This document shows positions 26,947 through 36,365 of a stretch of 64,000 nt of DNA, piece after piece. The notes below the pieces were generated by a model. It saw nothing but the letters and a program-made list of their open reading frames with translations, did not search any database and was not told the origin of the DNA. The position numbers and the translations under genes were made by a program. Source of the stretch: a virus (taxonomy: Duplodnaviria; Caudoviricetes). Numbering within the stretch: position 1 is the stretch's first letter; each line of letters begins with the position of its first letter. The stretch spans positions 33,020 to 97,019 of the IMG/VR virus record IMGVR_UViG_3300049563_000052. One strand, 5' to 3'.

Positions 26947-27444
26947 ATGTCCCGCGCCTACCCGGCCATGCTGCGCCTGATCGAGATCTGGGAGACGGCC
27001 ATCGCCGACTCGGTGTACGCCGACAACCTGGACGTCTACTTGGGACCGCTGTACTCCGGCGACCCGGACGACGCGGTGTTCGTCGGCTACGACGGCGACC
27101 CCGGCGGCGAGTTCGAGATGGTCACCCACGTCCAGAACTGGGCGGCGCTCGGCCAACGCGCCCAACATGATCACTTCGATGTGCACTGCTGCATCCTCGC
27201 GATGGCCGGGGTCAGCGACGGCAAGGCGATGAGCGACGCCATGGCCCGGCTGTACGGGATCTGGCGCACGTTGACCGTGGCGCTCAAGGCGGACCCGTCG
27301 ATGGGCATGGGTCCGGGGACGGCGGAGAACGCGCCGGTCTGGGTTACCGACGTGCGCAGTTTCACCAGCTATGTGCCCATCGACCCGGACCGCGGCGTGA
27401 TGCCGCGGATCTCGTTCGACGTGCACGTGGAAACCAGGGTGTGA
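26947..27444 (+). CDS. Head-tail connector/tail terminator
   Basis: Position; acidic alpha/beta pattern, LKADPSMG motif. Confidence 0.6.
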   Translation: MSRAYPAMLRLIEIWETAIADSVYADNLDVYLGPLYSGDPDDAVFVGYDGDPGGEFEMVTHVQNWAALGQRAQHDHFDVHCCILAMAGVSDGKAMSDAMARLYGIWRTLTVALKADPSMGMGPGTAENAPVWVTDVRSFTSYVPIDPDRGVMPRISFDVHVETRV

Positions 27445-27457
27445 GGGAGAGGAAGCG

Positions 27458-27730
27458 ATGACGGTCACGCTGCGGAACCTCAGCGCGGACGACGTGACGC
27501 TGTGGGCTCCGGGGGGAGCGCCGGGCGCGTTCGCCGTCGCCGGGGACGACACGGTGGAGGTGCCCGGGGAGGTGCTGGGCGAGGGCGACGACTACGTCCT
27601 CATCGGCCCGGAGGGCACCACCTGGGACGAAGACGAAGACGTGCCCGGCGAGGTGCGGGCATGGCCCACGACGCTGTGGGCGGTCGAGAGCGGCGGCACG
27701 CCGCAGAAGGGTGGCGAGGACGATGCCTAG
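27458..27730 (+). CDS. Small acidic hypothetical protein
   Basis: RBS GGAGAGG; precedes the major tail gene. Confidence 0.65.
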   Translation: MTVTLRNLSADDVTLWAPGGAPGAFAVAGDDTVEVPGEVLGEGDDYVLIGPEGTTWDEDEDVPGEVRAWPTTLWAVESGGTPQKGGEDDA

Positions 27731-28754
27731 CGGCGCAGGGCTCGACGCACAGCTAGGCGTCGGAGCCGAATCCACGTGGGGCACGTCGGTCACGCCGACG
27801 TTGTTTCTCGAGTTCCTGTCCGAGTCGATGTCGATGGACCCGACGTTCCTCGACAGCGCGGGCATCCGGGCCGGGCAGCGGTACAAGCGGGTCTCCCGGG
27901 TGATCCAGTCCCGCAAGGCGGTGTCCGGTGACTTCCAGATCGAATACGGCACCAAGAAAATGGGCCTGTTGTGGAAGCACGCGCTCGGCTCCGCGTTCAC
28001 GACGCCGACCATCCTCGTGACGCCCGCCTACGAGCAGATCCACACCCCGGGGGACTTCCGCGGACTCGGCCTGACCGTGCAGATCGGCCGCCCGGAGCCG
28101 CAGACGGCGCTGGTGAAGCCGTTCACCTACTCCGGGTGCAAGTGCAGCGAGTGGGAGTTCCACGTCGAGGACGGGTCCATCCCGACGTTGCAGCTGACGT
28201 TGGACGGCCGCGACGAGAGCACCGCGACCGCGCTGACCGCGGCGTCCTACCCGGCCGGGGTCGGGATCTTCAGCTTCGCCAATGCGCAGCTCAAGTTGGG
28301 CGGCACCGCGGCCACCGCCACCGGGAAGACCACCGTCACCGGCGGGGTGGCGGCCTCGACGATCGTGACCGCGATGACGGTGCACGGCACCACCCCGATG
28401 GCCACCGAACGGTACGGGCTGGGCAACGCGGGGCTGAAGGCGCAGCAGATCGAGAACGACATTCCGACGATCACCGGCAGCTTTGACGCCGAGTTCAACA
28501 AGGCCGAGCTCTACGACGCGTTCGCCGGGAACGTGACGCAGTGCGTGCAGATGTTGCTGACCGGCGCCACGATCGGCGCGTCCGGGTCGGTGGACACCCT
28601 GGAGATCACGCTGCCCGCGTGCAAGATGAAGTCGGCGAGCCCGCAGGTCGGCGGCCCGGACATCGTGAGTATGACCACCGAGTTTGAGGCGTACTACGAC
28701 GAGGTCAACCCGCCGATCCAGGTCCGGGTCATCTCGTCCGACACAGCCCTGTGA
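27723..28754 (+). CDS. Major tail (tube) protein
   Basis: QLGVGAESTWGT N-terminus, LTVQIGRP, FTYSGCK; position. Confidence 0.88.
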   Translation: MPSGAGLDAQLGVGAESTWGTSVTPTLFLEFLSESMSMDPTFLDSAGIRAGQRYKRVSRVIQSRKAVSGDFQIEYGTKKMGLLWKHALGSAFTTPTILVTPAYEQIHTPGDFRGLGLTVQIGRPEPQTALVKPFTYSGCKCSEWEFHVEDGSIPTLQLTLDGRDESTATALTAASYPAGVGIFSFANAQLKLGGTAATATGKTTVTGGVAASTIVTAMTVHGTTPMATERYGLGNAGLKAQQIENDIPTITGSFDAEFNKAELYDAFAGNVTQCVQMLLTGATIGASGSVDTLEITLPACKMKSASPQVGGPDIVSMTTEFEAYYDEVNPPIQVRVISSDTAL

Positions 28755-28761
28755 CCCGGCC

Positions 28762-29280
28762 GTGCCACCGGTACCGCTGTTCGACATGCAGGTCGTGGGG
28801 GGCGACCAGTTCCGCCGCCTGGCCATCCGCATGAAGCAGGCCGGGCGTCGGGACCTGCTCGCGGAGCTGCGCAAGGAGTTCCGGGCGGCGTCCCGGCCGA
28901 TGGTCGCCGACGTGCAGGCCGCCTACCGGACGCTGCCGGACATCTCCCCGGCGCACCGCACCGGGGAGCAGGCCCGCGCCAGCGTCGCCAAGGCGGTCCG
29001 GTTGAAGATCAGCGCAGCGGCGACCCGGGCCGGGGTCACGGTGATCGTCGACTCCAAGCGGCTGCCGCCCGACATGCGGTCGCTGCCGAAGGTGTGGGAG
29101 GCCGGGCACTGGCGGCACCCGGTGTACGCCCGCGGTGATCAGCCGCGCTCGGAGTGGAAGTGGGTCGAGCAGCGGTCCACCCCGCGACGGGTGTTCCGCC
29201 GCACCTGCGCCCGGCACGGACCGGACTTCCGCGCCGCCTGTCTGCGCGCCATGGACCAGATCCGCTTCCAGCTCAGCTAA
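28762..29280 (+). CDS. Basic tail-completion (HK97 gp10-like) protein
   Basis: Arg-rich, WRHPVY motif; position within the tail module. Confidence 0.6.
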   Translation: MPPVPLFDMQVVGGDQFRRLAIRMKQAGRRDLLAELRKEFRAASRPMVADVQAAYRTLPDISPAHRTGEQARASVAKAVRLKISAAATRAGVTVIVDSKRLPPDMRSLPKVWEAGHWRHPVYARGDQPRSEWKWVEQRSTPRRVFRRTCARHGPDFRAACLRAMDQIRFQLS

Positions 29281-29291
29281 GGAGCCCCACG

Positions 29292-29693
29292 ATGAAAGTC
29301 CGCCTCGGCGAAGGCGAATGGTACGACTTCCAAGGCGATCGACTGCTGGTCAAGGAGGCCCGCGAGCTGGAGCAGGCGACCGGCATGGGGTTGCAGGACT
29401 TCTCCGACGGCATCCGCCGCGGCAAGATCGACGCCCTCGTGTTCATGCTGTACCTCGCGCAGCGCCGGGCCGGGGTCGCGTGCCGGTTCCGCGACTTCGA
29501 CGAGACGAACATCGCCGATCTCCAGATCGAAGACGACGAAGACACCGCCGCGCCCGCCGAGCCCGGCCCGGAGCCGGACGTGTCGCCGCTGGCCGCGGCC
29601 CGGGACGGCCGCCCCCCGGCCGAGCCGCCACCGCCTACGCCGATCACCCGCGCCGCCCGGCCCCGGAAGAAGGGGGGCAAGGCGACTGGCTAG
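29292..29693 (+). CDS. Tail assembly chaperone (G)
   Basis: AAGGAG RBS; EARELEQATGM motif; upstream of the tape measure gene. Confidence 0.8.
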   Translation: MKVRLGEGEWYDFQGDRLLVKEARELEQATGMGLQDFSDGIRRGKIDALVFMLYLAQRRAGVACRFRDFDETNIADLQIEDDEDTAAPAEPGPEPDVSPLAAARDGRPPAEPPPPTPITRAARPRKKGGKATG

Positions 29694-29917
29694 ACCGGGA
29701 GGTCCGGCGGGCGTTCGCGCCGTGGGCGCGCCCGGCGCAGCGCATCGCCCGGTACTCCATCACGATCGCCTACCGGTTCCACTTCGACCCGCGCGTCATC
29801 GACGAATGGACGCTGACCGAGTTCGACGGCTTCGCCCGCCAGTGTGATCAGTTCGACGAGCAGGAACGCAAGCAAGAACGCGAGACCAAGGCAATGCGCC
29901 GCCGCCCCCACCGGTGA
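29672..29917 (+). CDS. Tail assembly chaperone G-T extension via -1 frameshift
   Basis: -1 frame encodes IAYRFHFDPRVIDEWTLTEF with no start codon of its own; G GGG GGC at 29672-29678. Confidence 0.65.
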   Translation, partial: GGQGDWLDREVRRAFAPWARPAQRIARYSITIAYRFHFDPRVIDEWTLTEFDGFARQCDQFDEQERKQERETKAMRRRPHR

Positions 29918-29934
29918 GCACGAGGGGGTGAGCG

Positions 29935-32900
29935 GTGACCGACCTGTCGTACGACATCGTCGCCACCACCGCCCAGGCCGCCCGCGCCCTGGAGTCGCTG
30001 TCCCGGCAGCTGGAGCGGCTGTCCGACCGGCTGGATGAGATCGACGGCCGCCGCGCCGAAGCCGACGTCGACGTCGACTCCGCGGACGCCGAGGCCGGGA
30101 TCGCCGAAGTCGAGCGGGGCCTGAACCGCATCGACGGCCGCAAGGTCACCGCCAAGATCGACGTCGATAAGTCGTTCGGCGCGATGATGACCAAGCTCGG
30201 CTCGATCACCGGGATGTTCACCAAGGTCGGCGCGGCGGGCGCCGGGCTGATGGCGACCACCCACACCGTGATGGGGCTGGCCGCCGCCGTGGTGGATCTG
30301 TCCGGGCTGATCGGTATCGCGGCGGGTGCTGCCGCGGCCGGGGGGGCGGTCTTCGCCACCTTGAAGGTCGGTACGCAGGGCCTCGGCGACGCCATGAAGG
30401 CCGTCGGTGAGGGGGACGCGAAGAAGCTCGACGAGGCGCTCAAGAAGCTGGCGCCCAGCGCCCGCGCCGTGGTGTTGGAGTTCGCGCACCTGAAACCGGA
30501 GTGGGAAAAGCTGCAACTGGACGTGCAGCAACGCCTGTTCGCCGGGCTGAACAAGGAAGTCGAAGCGCTCGGCAAGACCTACCTGCCGATCCTGCGCACC
30601 GGCATGGATTCGGTCGCCGACGCCACCAACCGGCTGATCAAGAGCACGGCGGATTATCTCAAGGGCGCGGAGGCCACCGGCAACGTCCGAACGATCTTCG
30701 ACAACACCGCGAAGAGCATGGACGCGCTGCACTCGGTGGGCGCCTCCATCGTGTCGATCTTCGGGAACATCGCTGCCGTCGGGTCGAGCTTCCTGCCGGG
30801 GCTCGCGACCAGCTTCGCGCAGGCTGCGGACCGGGCCGCGGACTTCATCGCCAAGGCGAAGGAGACCGGGCAGCTCGCGGAGTGGATGCAGCGCGCCAAA
30901 GACGCCGCGGGCCAGCTCTGGGAAGCGCTGAAGAACATCGGCGGCGCCCTCGGCGGGATCTTCAAGGCGTCCGGCGCCGAAGGTGCGGTGTTCCTGCAAA
31001 ACCTGGTGACGATCACCGGCGCCGTCAACGACATGATCAACTCGGTGCAGGGGCAGGAACAGCTCAGCGCGTTCTTCACCGCCTGCTCCGTGGTGTCCGC
31101 CCAGCTCGGGGACGTGCTGCGCAACGCCGTGCTGCCCGTGCTGGGACAGCTCATCGCCGCGCTCGCCCCGCTGATCGCGCAGCTGGCCACCGGCCTCGCG
31201 CCGATCCTCAATGCCCTCGCCCCGCTGGTGATGGTGTTGGTGCAGTGCATCGCGCAGCTGCTCGCGCCGATCATCTCCGCGTTGATGCCGGTGATCCTCG
31301 GCCTGGTCAACGCCTTGTCGGCGGCCCTGGTCCCGATCCTGCCGCCACTGACCGACGCGTTGATCTCGGTGGTCAACGCCTGCGCCCCGCTGATCGGCAT
31401 CCTCGGCCAGCTCACGCCGGTCTTCGTCGTGATCGCGGAAGCGGTGCTCGGCCTGGTGCAGGCCCTGACACCGGTGATCGGCACCCTGGCGAACGGGCTG
31501 ACCCCGATCCTCCGGTCCCTCATCCCGGTGATCATGCAAGTGGTCCAGATCATCGGCACCACCTTGATCGGCGTAGTGAACGCGCTCGCCCCGCTGTTCC
31601 CACCGCTGGTCGCCGCCATCGGCGCCGTCGTCGATGCCTTCGGCAAGGGCCTGCTGGCCGTGCTGCAAGCCTGCGCCCCGATGTGGCCGCCGTTGATCGC
31701 CGCGCTGGTGCAGATCCTCGCGGCGGTGCTGCCGCTGGTCCCCGCGATCGCCCAATTCGCCGGGCAGCTGATCACCCAGCTGGCGCCGATCCTGCCGGTG
31801 CTGGCGCAGGCAACGCTCAGCGTCATCCAGGCGCTCATGCCGCTGCTGCCGGTCCTGGTGCAGTTGATCACGTCGCTGCTGCCCCCGCTGATGGCGCTGG
31901 TCGTCGGGCTGGCGCCGGTGATCACCACCCTGGCGCAGGTCTTCGGCGACATCCTGACCACGGTCATCCGCGACCTCGTTGTGCCGATCTTGACCCAGTT
32001 GATCACCCTGATCCAAGGCGTGCTCGTGCCGGTGCTCGGCTTCCTGGAGAAGGTCATCCAGCGGGTCTTCGAAAACGCCGGGATCATGATCAGCACCGCG
32101 TGGAACGTCGTGATCAAACCGGTGTTCGAGTTCCTCGCCGGGATGATCACCGGCACGTTGATGCCGACCGTGCAGCAGTTCGAGGACTTCTGGGCGCGCG
32201 GCTGGCAGGGCATGTCGGACTACCTGTCGAACATCTGGAACAACGGCATCCTGCCGGTCTGGAATGCGCTGGTTAACTTCATCCGGGTCACCATCCCGGA
32301 CGCGTTCACCCGCGGCGTCGACATGGTCAAGAACGTCTGGAACGGGATCAAGGCGGCGCTGCGCGACCCGGTCGTGGCCGTCGTGGACGTCGTCTACAAC
32401 AAGGGCATCGTGGCGATGTGGCAGAAGGTCGCCGACTTCCTGCACCTGCCCGGATTGCAGCCCTACACGGTGCCGGGCTTCGCGAGCGGTGGCCCGATCC
32501 GCGGCGGGCGACCCGGCAAGGACAGCGTGCCGCTGCTCGGCATGCCCGGTGAGTACATGCTGTCCAAGGCGGCGGTCAACGCCATGGGCGGGGTCAACCA
32601 GGTCGACCAGTTCCACCGGGTGCTCGCCAACTCCGGCACCACGACCGCCCGCGGCGCCGCGTTCACCATGTACGGCGGCGACCCGGGCTCCCCCGGCCGG
32701 GCGTACCGGCCGCTGGCGGTCGGCATGCAGGCCGGAGGCGCGATCGCGGCCGCGCAGGCATACGCCCGCAGCCAGGCCGGGAAGCCGTACCAGTGGGCCG
32801 GGGTGGGTAACCCGTCGTTCGATTGCAGCGGGTTCATGTCCGCGATCCAATGCGTGCTCCAGGGGATGCCGGTGCACCGGCTGTACTCGACGGCCAGCTT

Positions 32901-33891
32901 CGCGGGCGGGCGCGGCGCGGCCGGGCTGGTCCCCGGGCACGGCGCGTTCACCATCGGGGTGCGGCAGGGCAACCCGGGGCACATGGCCGGGAACCTGGCC
33001 GGGATGCCGGTCGAGTCCAACGGGCGCGGGGTCACCGCCGGCTCGGGCACGTCGGTGGACAGCTTCCCGGCGCAGTTCTTCCTGCCGCAGGTCGGCGGCA
33101 ACTTCATCCCCGGCGGCGGCGGCGGGTTCACCATCGACCCGCTGACCTGGCTGAAAGATCAGATCGGCGACATGCTCGGGCTGGCCGACAAACTACCCGG
33201 CGGCTCCCCGTACCTGGACGCCTTGAAGGCGTTCGGCGGGAAGATCGCCAAAGATACGTGGGACTTCCTGCTGGGCAAGGCGAAGGAGTTCATCGGCTCC
33301 ATCGTGTCGTCGATCGGCGGCGCGATCGCCGGGGTATTCGGCGGCGGCTCCGGGCAAGCCGCGGTGCAGGCCGCCGCGTCGGCGTACGGGTGGGGCACCG
33401 GCCCGCAGTGGGCGGCGCTCCAGTACATCGTGTCCCACGAGTCCGGGTTCAACCCGACCGCGCAGAACCCGACGTCGACGGCCTACGGCATGTTCCAGTT
33501 CCTCGACTCGACCTGGGCGAGCGTCGGCGGGTCCAAGACGTCCGACCCGGGCGTGCAGGCCGCGTTGGGCATGAAGTACATCCAGTCCCGCTACGGCACC
33601 CCGATCAACGCGCAGGCGTTCTGGAACGCGCACCACTGGTACGCCAACGGCGGTCTCGTCACCCGGCCCACGTTCGGGCTGATCGGGGAGTCCGGGCCGG
33701 AGGTCGTGCTGCCGCTCAACCGGCCCGGCCGGGCCGCGCAGCTGGCGTCGGCGGCCGGGTACGGCGGGGACGCGCTCACGGTGGTCGTGTCGGCGTCCGA
33801 GTCCGCGTCCGCGGAGCGGTTGGTCGCGACCGCCCTGCACCAAGCCCGGCTGCGCCGCCTGGCGGGCCGCTACGTGAGCGCACGGAGGTGA
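29935..33891 (+). CDS. Tape measure protein with NlpC/P60-like and lytic transglycosylase domains
   Basis: Long amphipathic repeats; GKPYQWAG...FDCSGFMS; HESGFNPTAQNPTSTAYGMFQFLDSTW. Confidence 0.95.
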   Translation: MTDLSYDIVATTAQAARALESLSRQLERLSDRLDEIDGRRAEADVDVDSADAEAGIAEVERGLNRIDGRKVTAKIDVDKSFGAMMTKLGSITGMFTKVGAAGAGLMATTHTVMGLAAAVVDLSGLIGIAAGAAAAGGAVFATLKVGTQGLGDAMKAVGEGDAKKLDEALKKLAPSARAVVLEFAHLKPEWEKLQLDVQQRLFAGLNKEVEALGKTYLPILRTGMDSVADATNRLIKSTADYLKGAEATGNVRTIFDNTAKSMDALHSVGASIVSIFGNIAAVGSSFLPGLATSFAQAADRAADFIAKAKETGQLAEWMQRAKDAAGQLWEALKNIGGALGGIFKASGAEGAVFLQNLVTITGAVNDMINSVQGQEQLSAFFTACSVVSAQLGDVLRNAVLPVLGQLIAALAPLIAQLATGLAPILNALAPLVMVLVQCIAQLLAPIISALMPVILGLVNALSAALVPILPPLTDALISVVNACAPLIGILGQLTPVFVVIAEAVLGLVQALTPVIGTLANGLTPILRSLIPVIMQVVQIIGTTLIGVVNALAPLFPPLVAAIGAVVDAFGKGLLAVLQACAPMWPPLIAALVQILAAVLPLVPAIAQFAGQLITQLAPILPVLAQATLSVIQALMPLLPVLVQLITSLLPPLMALVVGLAPVITTLAQVFGDILTTVIRDLVVPILTQLITLIQGVLVPVLGFLEKVIQRVFENAGIMISTAWNVVIKPVFEFLAGMITGTLMPTVQQFEDFWARGWQGMSDYLSNIWNNGILPVWNALVNFIRVTIPDAFTRGVDMVKNVWNGIKAALRDPVVAVVDVVYNKGIVAMWQKVADFLHLPGLQPYTVPGFASGGPIRGGRPGKDSVPLLGMPGEYMLSKAAVNAMGGVNQVDQFHRVLANSGTTTARGAAFTMYGGDPGSPGRAYRPLAVGMQAGGAIAAAQAYARSQAGKPYQWAGVGNPSFDCSGFMSAIQCVLQGMPVHRLYSTASFAGGRGAAGLVPGHGAFTIGVRQGNPGHMAGNLAGMPVESNGRGVTAGSGTSVDSFPAQFFLPQVGGNFIPGGGGGFTIDPLTWLKDQIGDMLGLADKLPGGSPYLDALKAFGGKIAKDTWDFLLGKAKEFIGSIVSSIGGAIAGVFGGGSGQAAVQAAASAYGWGTGPQWAALQYIVSHESGFNPTAQNPTSTAYGMFQFLDSTWASVGGSKTSDPGVQAALGMKYIQSRYGTPINAQAFWNAHHWYANGGLVTRPTFGLIGESGPEVVLPLNRPGRAAQLASAAGYGGDALTVVVSASESASAERLVATALHQARLRRLAGRYVSARR

Positions 33892-33895
33892 ACCC

Positions 33896-34783
33896 ATGGC
33901 GGCGCTCGGAGATGACCAGCTCGCGATCGACGACTACGTGATCGGCTACGGCACGGCCATCGACGTGACCGCGTTCGAGGCCGCCTATCCGACGGTGGTT
34001 GATCAGGACAGGCCCGCCCCCCGCGAGGACGGCACGGTGATGGGCATCGACCGGTTCGGCGGGCGCATGGTCACGGTCGACATGGACATCGTGGGCCGAG
34101 ATGAGGGCGACGCACTCAACCTGCTGGAGCAGCTGACCGGCGCGTTCATGGGCGACAACTATCGCGGCGTCCCGCAGTCCTACCAGGTGTTGTCCTACCG
34201 GCTGCACGGCACCAACGAGCAGCGCCGCGTGTTCGGGCGCGGGCGGGCGTGCGCGGCGGCGACCCTGGCCAACGCGCACGTCGGGTTCATCCCGGTGTCG
34301 GCGCAGTTCCAGAGCATCACGCCGTACTTCTACAGCGACGCCGAGTTCGCCGACTCCACCGGGCTGATCCCGGACAACACCGGCGGCCTGACCGGGCCGC
34401 TGATCGGACCGATCTACGCGTCGGGCACCGGCGCCGGGTCGCGCGGGTTCGTCGTCGGCGGCTACCGCCCGGCCTGGCTGGCCACGCGCGTCTACGGGCC
34501 CATCGTGAACCCGATCGTCGAGGTCGTGGACTGCTTCTGGTACCAGCTCGGGCTGACCATCGCCGCCGGGGACGCGATCATCGTGGACCCGCAGCCGTGG
34601 CAGCGGCAGGTGCGGCGCAGCTCCGACGGGGCGAACTGCGCCGGGTTCCTCACCGGCATGTCGGCGTGGCTGGCCGACATGCGGGTGCCGCCGGGCGGGC
34701 ACGAGGTGATCCTGCGCGGCTCCGACCCCACCGGCACCGCCCGCGCGGAGTGCTACTGGCGCGACACGCGGTCCTCGCTGTGA
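33896..34783 (+). CDS. Distal tail protein (Dit)
   Basis: Follows the TMP; PREDG, PYFYS, GPIVNP motifs. Confidence 0.8.
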   Translation: MAALGDDQLAIDDYVIGYGTAIDVTAFEAAYPTVVDQDRPAPREDGTVMGIDRFGGRMVTVDMDIVGRDEGDALNLLEQLTGAFMGDNYRGVPQSYQVLSYRLHGTNEQRRVFGRGRACAAATLANAHVGFIPVSAQFQSITPYFYSDAEFADSTGLIPDNTGGLTGPLIGPIYASGTGAGSRGFVVGGYRPAWLATRVYGPIVNPIVEVVDCFWYQLGLTIAAGDAIIVDPQPWQRQVRRSSDGANCAGFLTGMSAWLADMRVPPGGHEVILRGSDPTGTARAECYWRDTRSSL

Positions 34784-34846
34784 TCTCCGCCCCCGTCCAG
34801 ATGGGATCGTGCCTGTGACGCATGTGACGGGTGGTGCAGGAGTGCT

Positions 34847-35869
34847 ATGACGACCGGCGGAACGCCCTGGTACATCGACCAGAGTGCGATGCACAGCCCG
34901 CGGCTGGCCCGGGTGCTCGGCTACATGGGCACGGGCGGGCGGCAGGGGGTGCTGGACTCGGCGCACTGCAAGGTGTCCGCGCTGGGCACCCCGGGCGCCT
35001 CGGTGACCATCGACCCGGGCATGTTCGCCATCCTGAACAAGGCCACCGGCGGCGCCTACGAAGCCTACTTCGACAAGATCAGTTCGCAGCTCACGGTGCC
35101 GATCACGCCGACCCCGGCGGCGACCCGCACCGACCTGGTCATCCTGCGGGTGGAGAACCCGTACGCGGGCGGGGTCGGCACCGGCACCTGGCCCATCCCC
35201 GCCGACCCGGTCAACGGGCCGTACTGGCAGGCCCGGGTGATCGAGGGCGTGACCCCGACCTACATCACCGACGTCGGCGAATGGAACAACACGTGGTCGG
35301 CGATCGCGCTGGCCCGGATTCGGCGCACCAACAGCTCGATCGTGCAGGCCGCCGACATCACCGACCTGCGCTCACTGCTCGCGGCCCCCCGCATCGTCAT
35401 CCCGTCCAACCCGGACCCGTCCCCGCCGCCGATGGCGCAGCCGCTTTTCAGCGCCGCTACGGAGTTCGGCACCGTCACCACGCTGGCCAAGACGGTCACG
35501 ACCTTCACCGACTACCCGGCCGGGGCCACGTTCAACGTGCCGTTCCCGTCGTGGGCGACCTCCGCCGACATCCAGGGCTTGTTCACCCCGCAGTTCGACG
35601 GCTCCATCTGGGCCGAAGCCCGGCTGATGTTCGGCTCGACCGCGGGCCCGTCGACGTTCGCCGACGAGAACCCGCCCGGTTCGCCGTGGCAGCGGTTGGC
35701 GTGGCCGCTGCTGGGCAGCTACGCGATCCCGACCAACCAGCGCGGCACGGTCGTCCCGGTGAAGCTCCAGATCCGGCACCTCGACCCGCCCAACCACACC
35801 GGCCAGCTCTCCACGCGACGCGGCGTCTACGTGTCGCTGTGGCTCAACTTCAAGCGCGCACCGGAGTGA
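34847..35869 (+). CDS. Minor tail/baseplate protein
   Basis: RTDLVILRVENP, IALARI, ITDLR motifs. Confidence 0.75.
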   Translation: MTTGGTPWYIDQSAMHSPRLARVLGYMGTGGRQGVLDSAHCKVSALGTPGASVTIDPGMFAILNKATGGAYEAYFDKISSQLTVPITPTPAATRTDLVILRVENPYAGGVGTGTWPIPADPVNGPYWQARVIEGVTPTYITDVGEWNNTWSAIALARIRRTNSSIVQAADITDLRSLLAAPRIVIPSNPDPSPPPMAQPLFSAATEFGTVTTLAKTVTTFTDYPAGATFNVPFPSWATSADIQGLFTPQFDGSIWAEARLMFGSTAGPSTFADENPPGSPWQRLAWPLLGSYAIPTNQRGTVVPVKLQIRHLDPPNHTGQLSTRRGVYVSLWLNFKRAPE

Positions 35870-35878
35870 GGTAGCCCG

Positions 35879-36352
35879 ATGGGCAACGTGCCCGCCAACG
35901 CCTACAAGGGCAAGCTCCAGTACTACTGGGAGCAGGCCCGCGACACCGCCGCCGACATCCAGTGCGCGCTCATGCTGGCCGCCGGGAACCCCAGCGACGG
36001 GGCGGTGCAGGACTTCACCACGCTGACCGCGCTGTGGGCGGCCACCGCCGATGAGGCCACGTTCACCAACTACGCCCGCAAGACCGTCACCAACCCGACG
36101 GTGAGCATCGACAACACGCTTGATCAGATCGTGTTCTCCGCGGACTCGCCGATCGCGTGGACCAACGCGGGCGGCGCGACCAACAACACCCTCGCGCGGG
36201 CGGTGTTCTTCTTCGACCCGGCCCCCGGATCCAGCACCGACACCACCCGGCTGCCCTTGTTCTACAACGACATTTCCGCCACCACGGACGGCACCACACT
36301 CCAGCTCACGATCAACCCGGGCGGGCTGTTCGTGGTGAAGAACACCGTCTAA
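35879..36352 (+). CDS. Small virion fibre/adaptor subunit (paralog-like of 18583..19047)
   Basis: FTNYARKTV...IAWTNAGG...LFYND. Confidence 0.7.
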   Translation: MGNVPANAYKGKLQYYWEQARDTAADIQCALMLAAGNPSDGAVQDFTTLTALWAATADEATFTNYARKTVTNPTVSIDNTLDQIVFSADSPIAWTNAGGATNNTLARAVFFFDPAPGSSTDTTRLPLFYNDISATTDGTTLQLTINPGGLFVVKNTV

Positions 36353-36365
36353 GTCGGGGGCTGGG

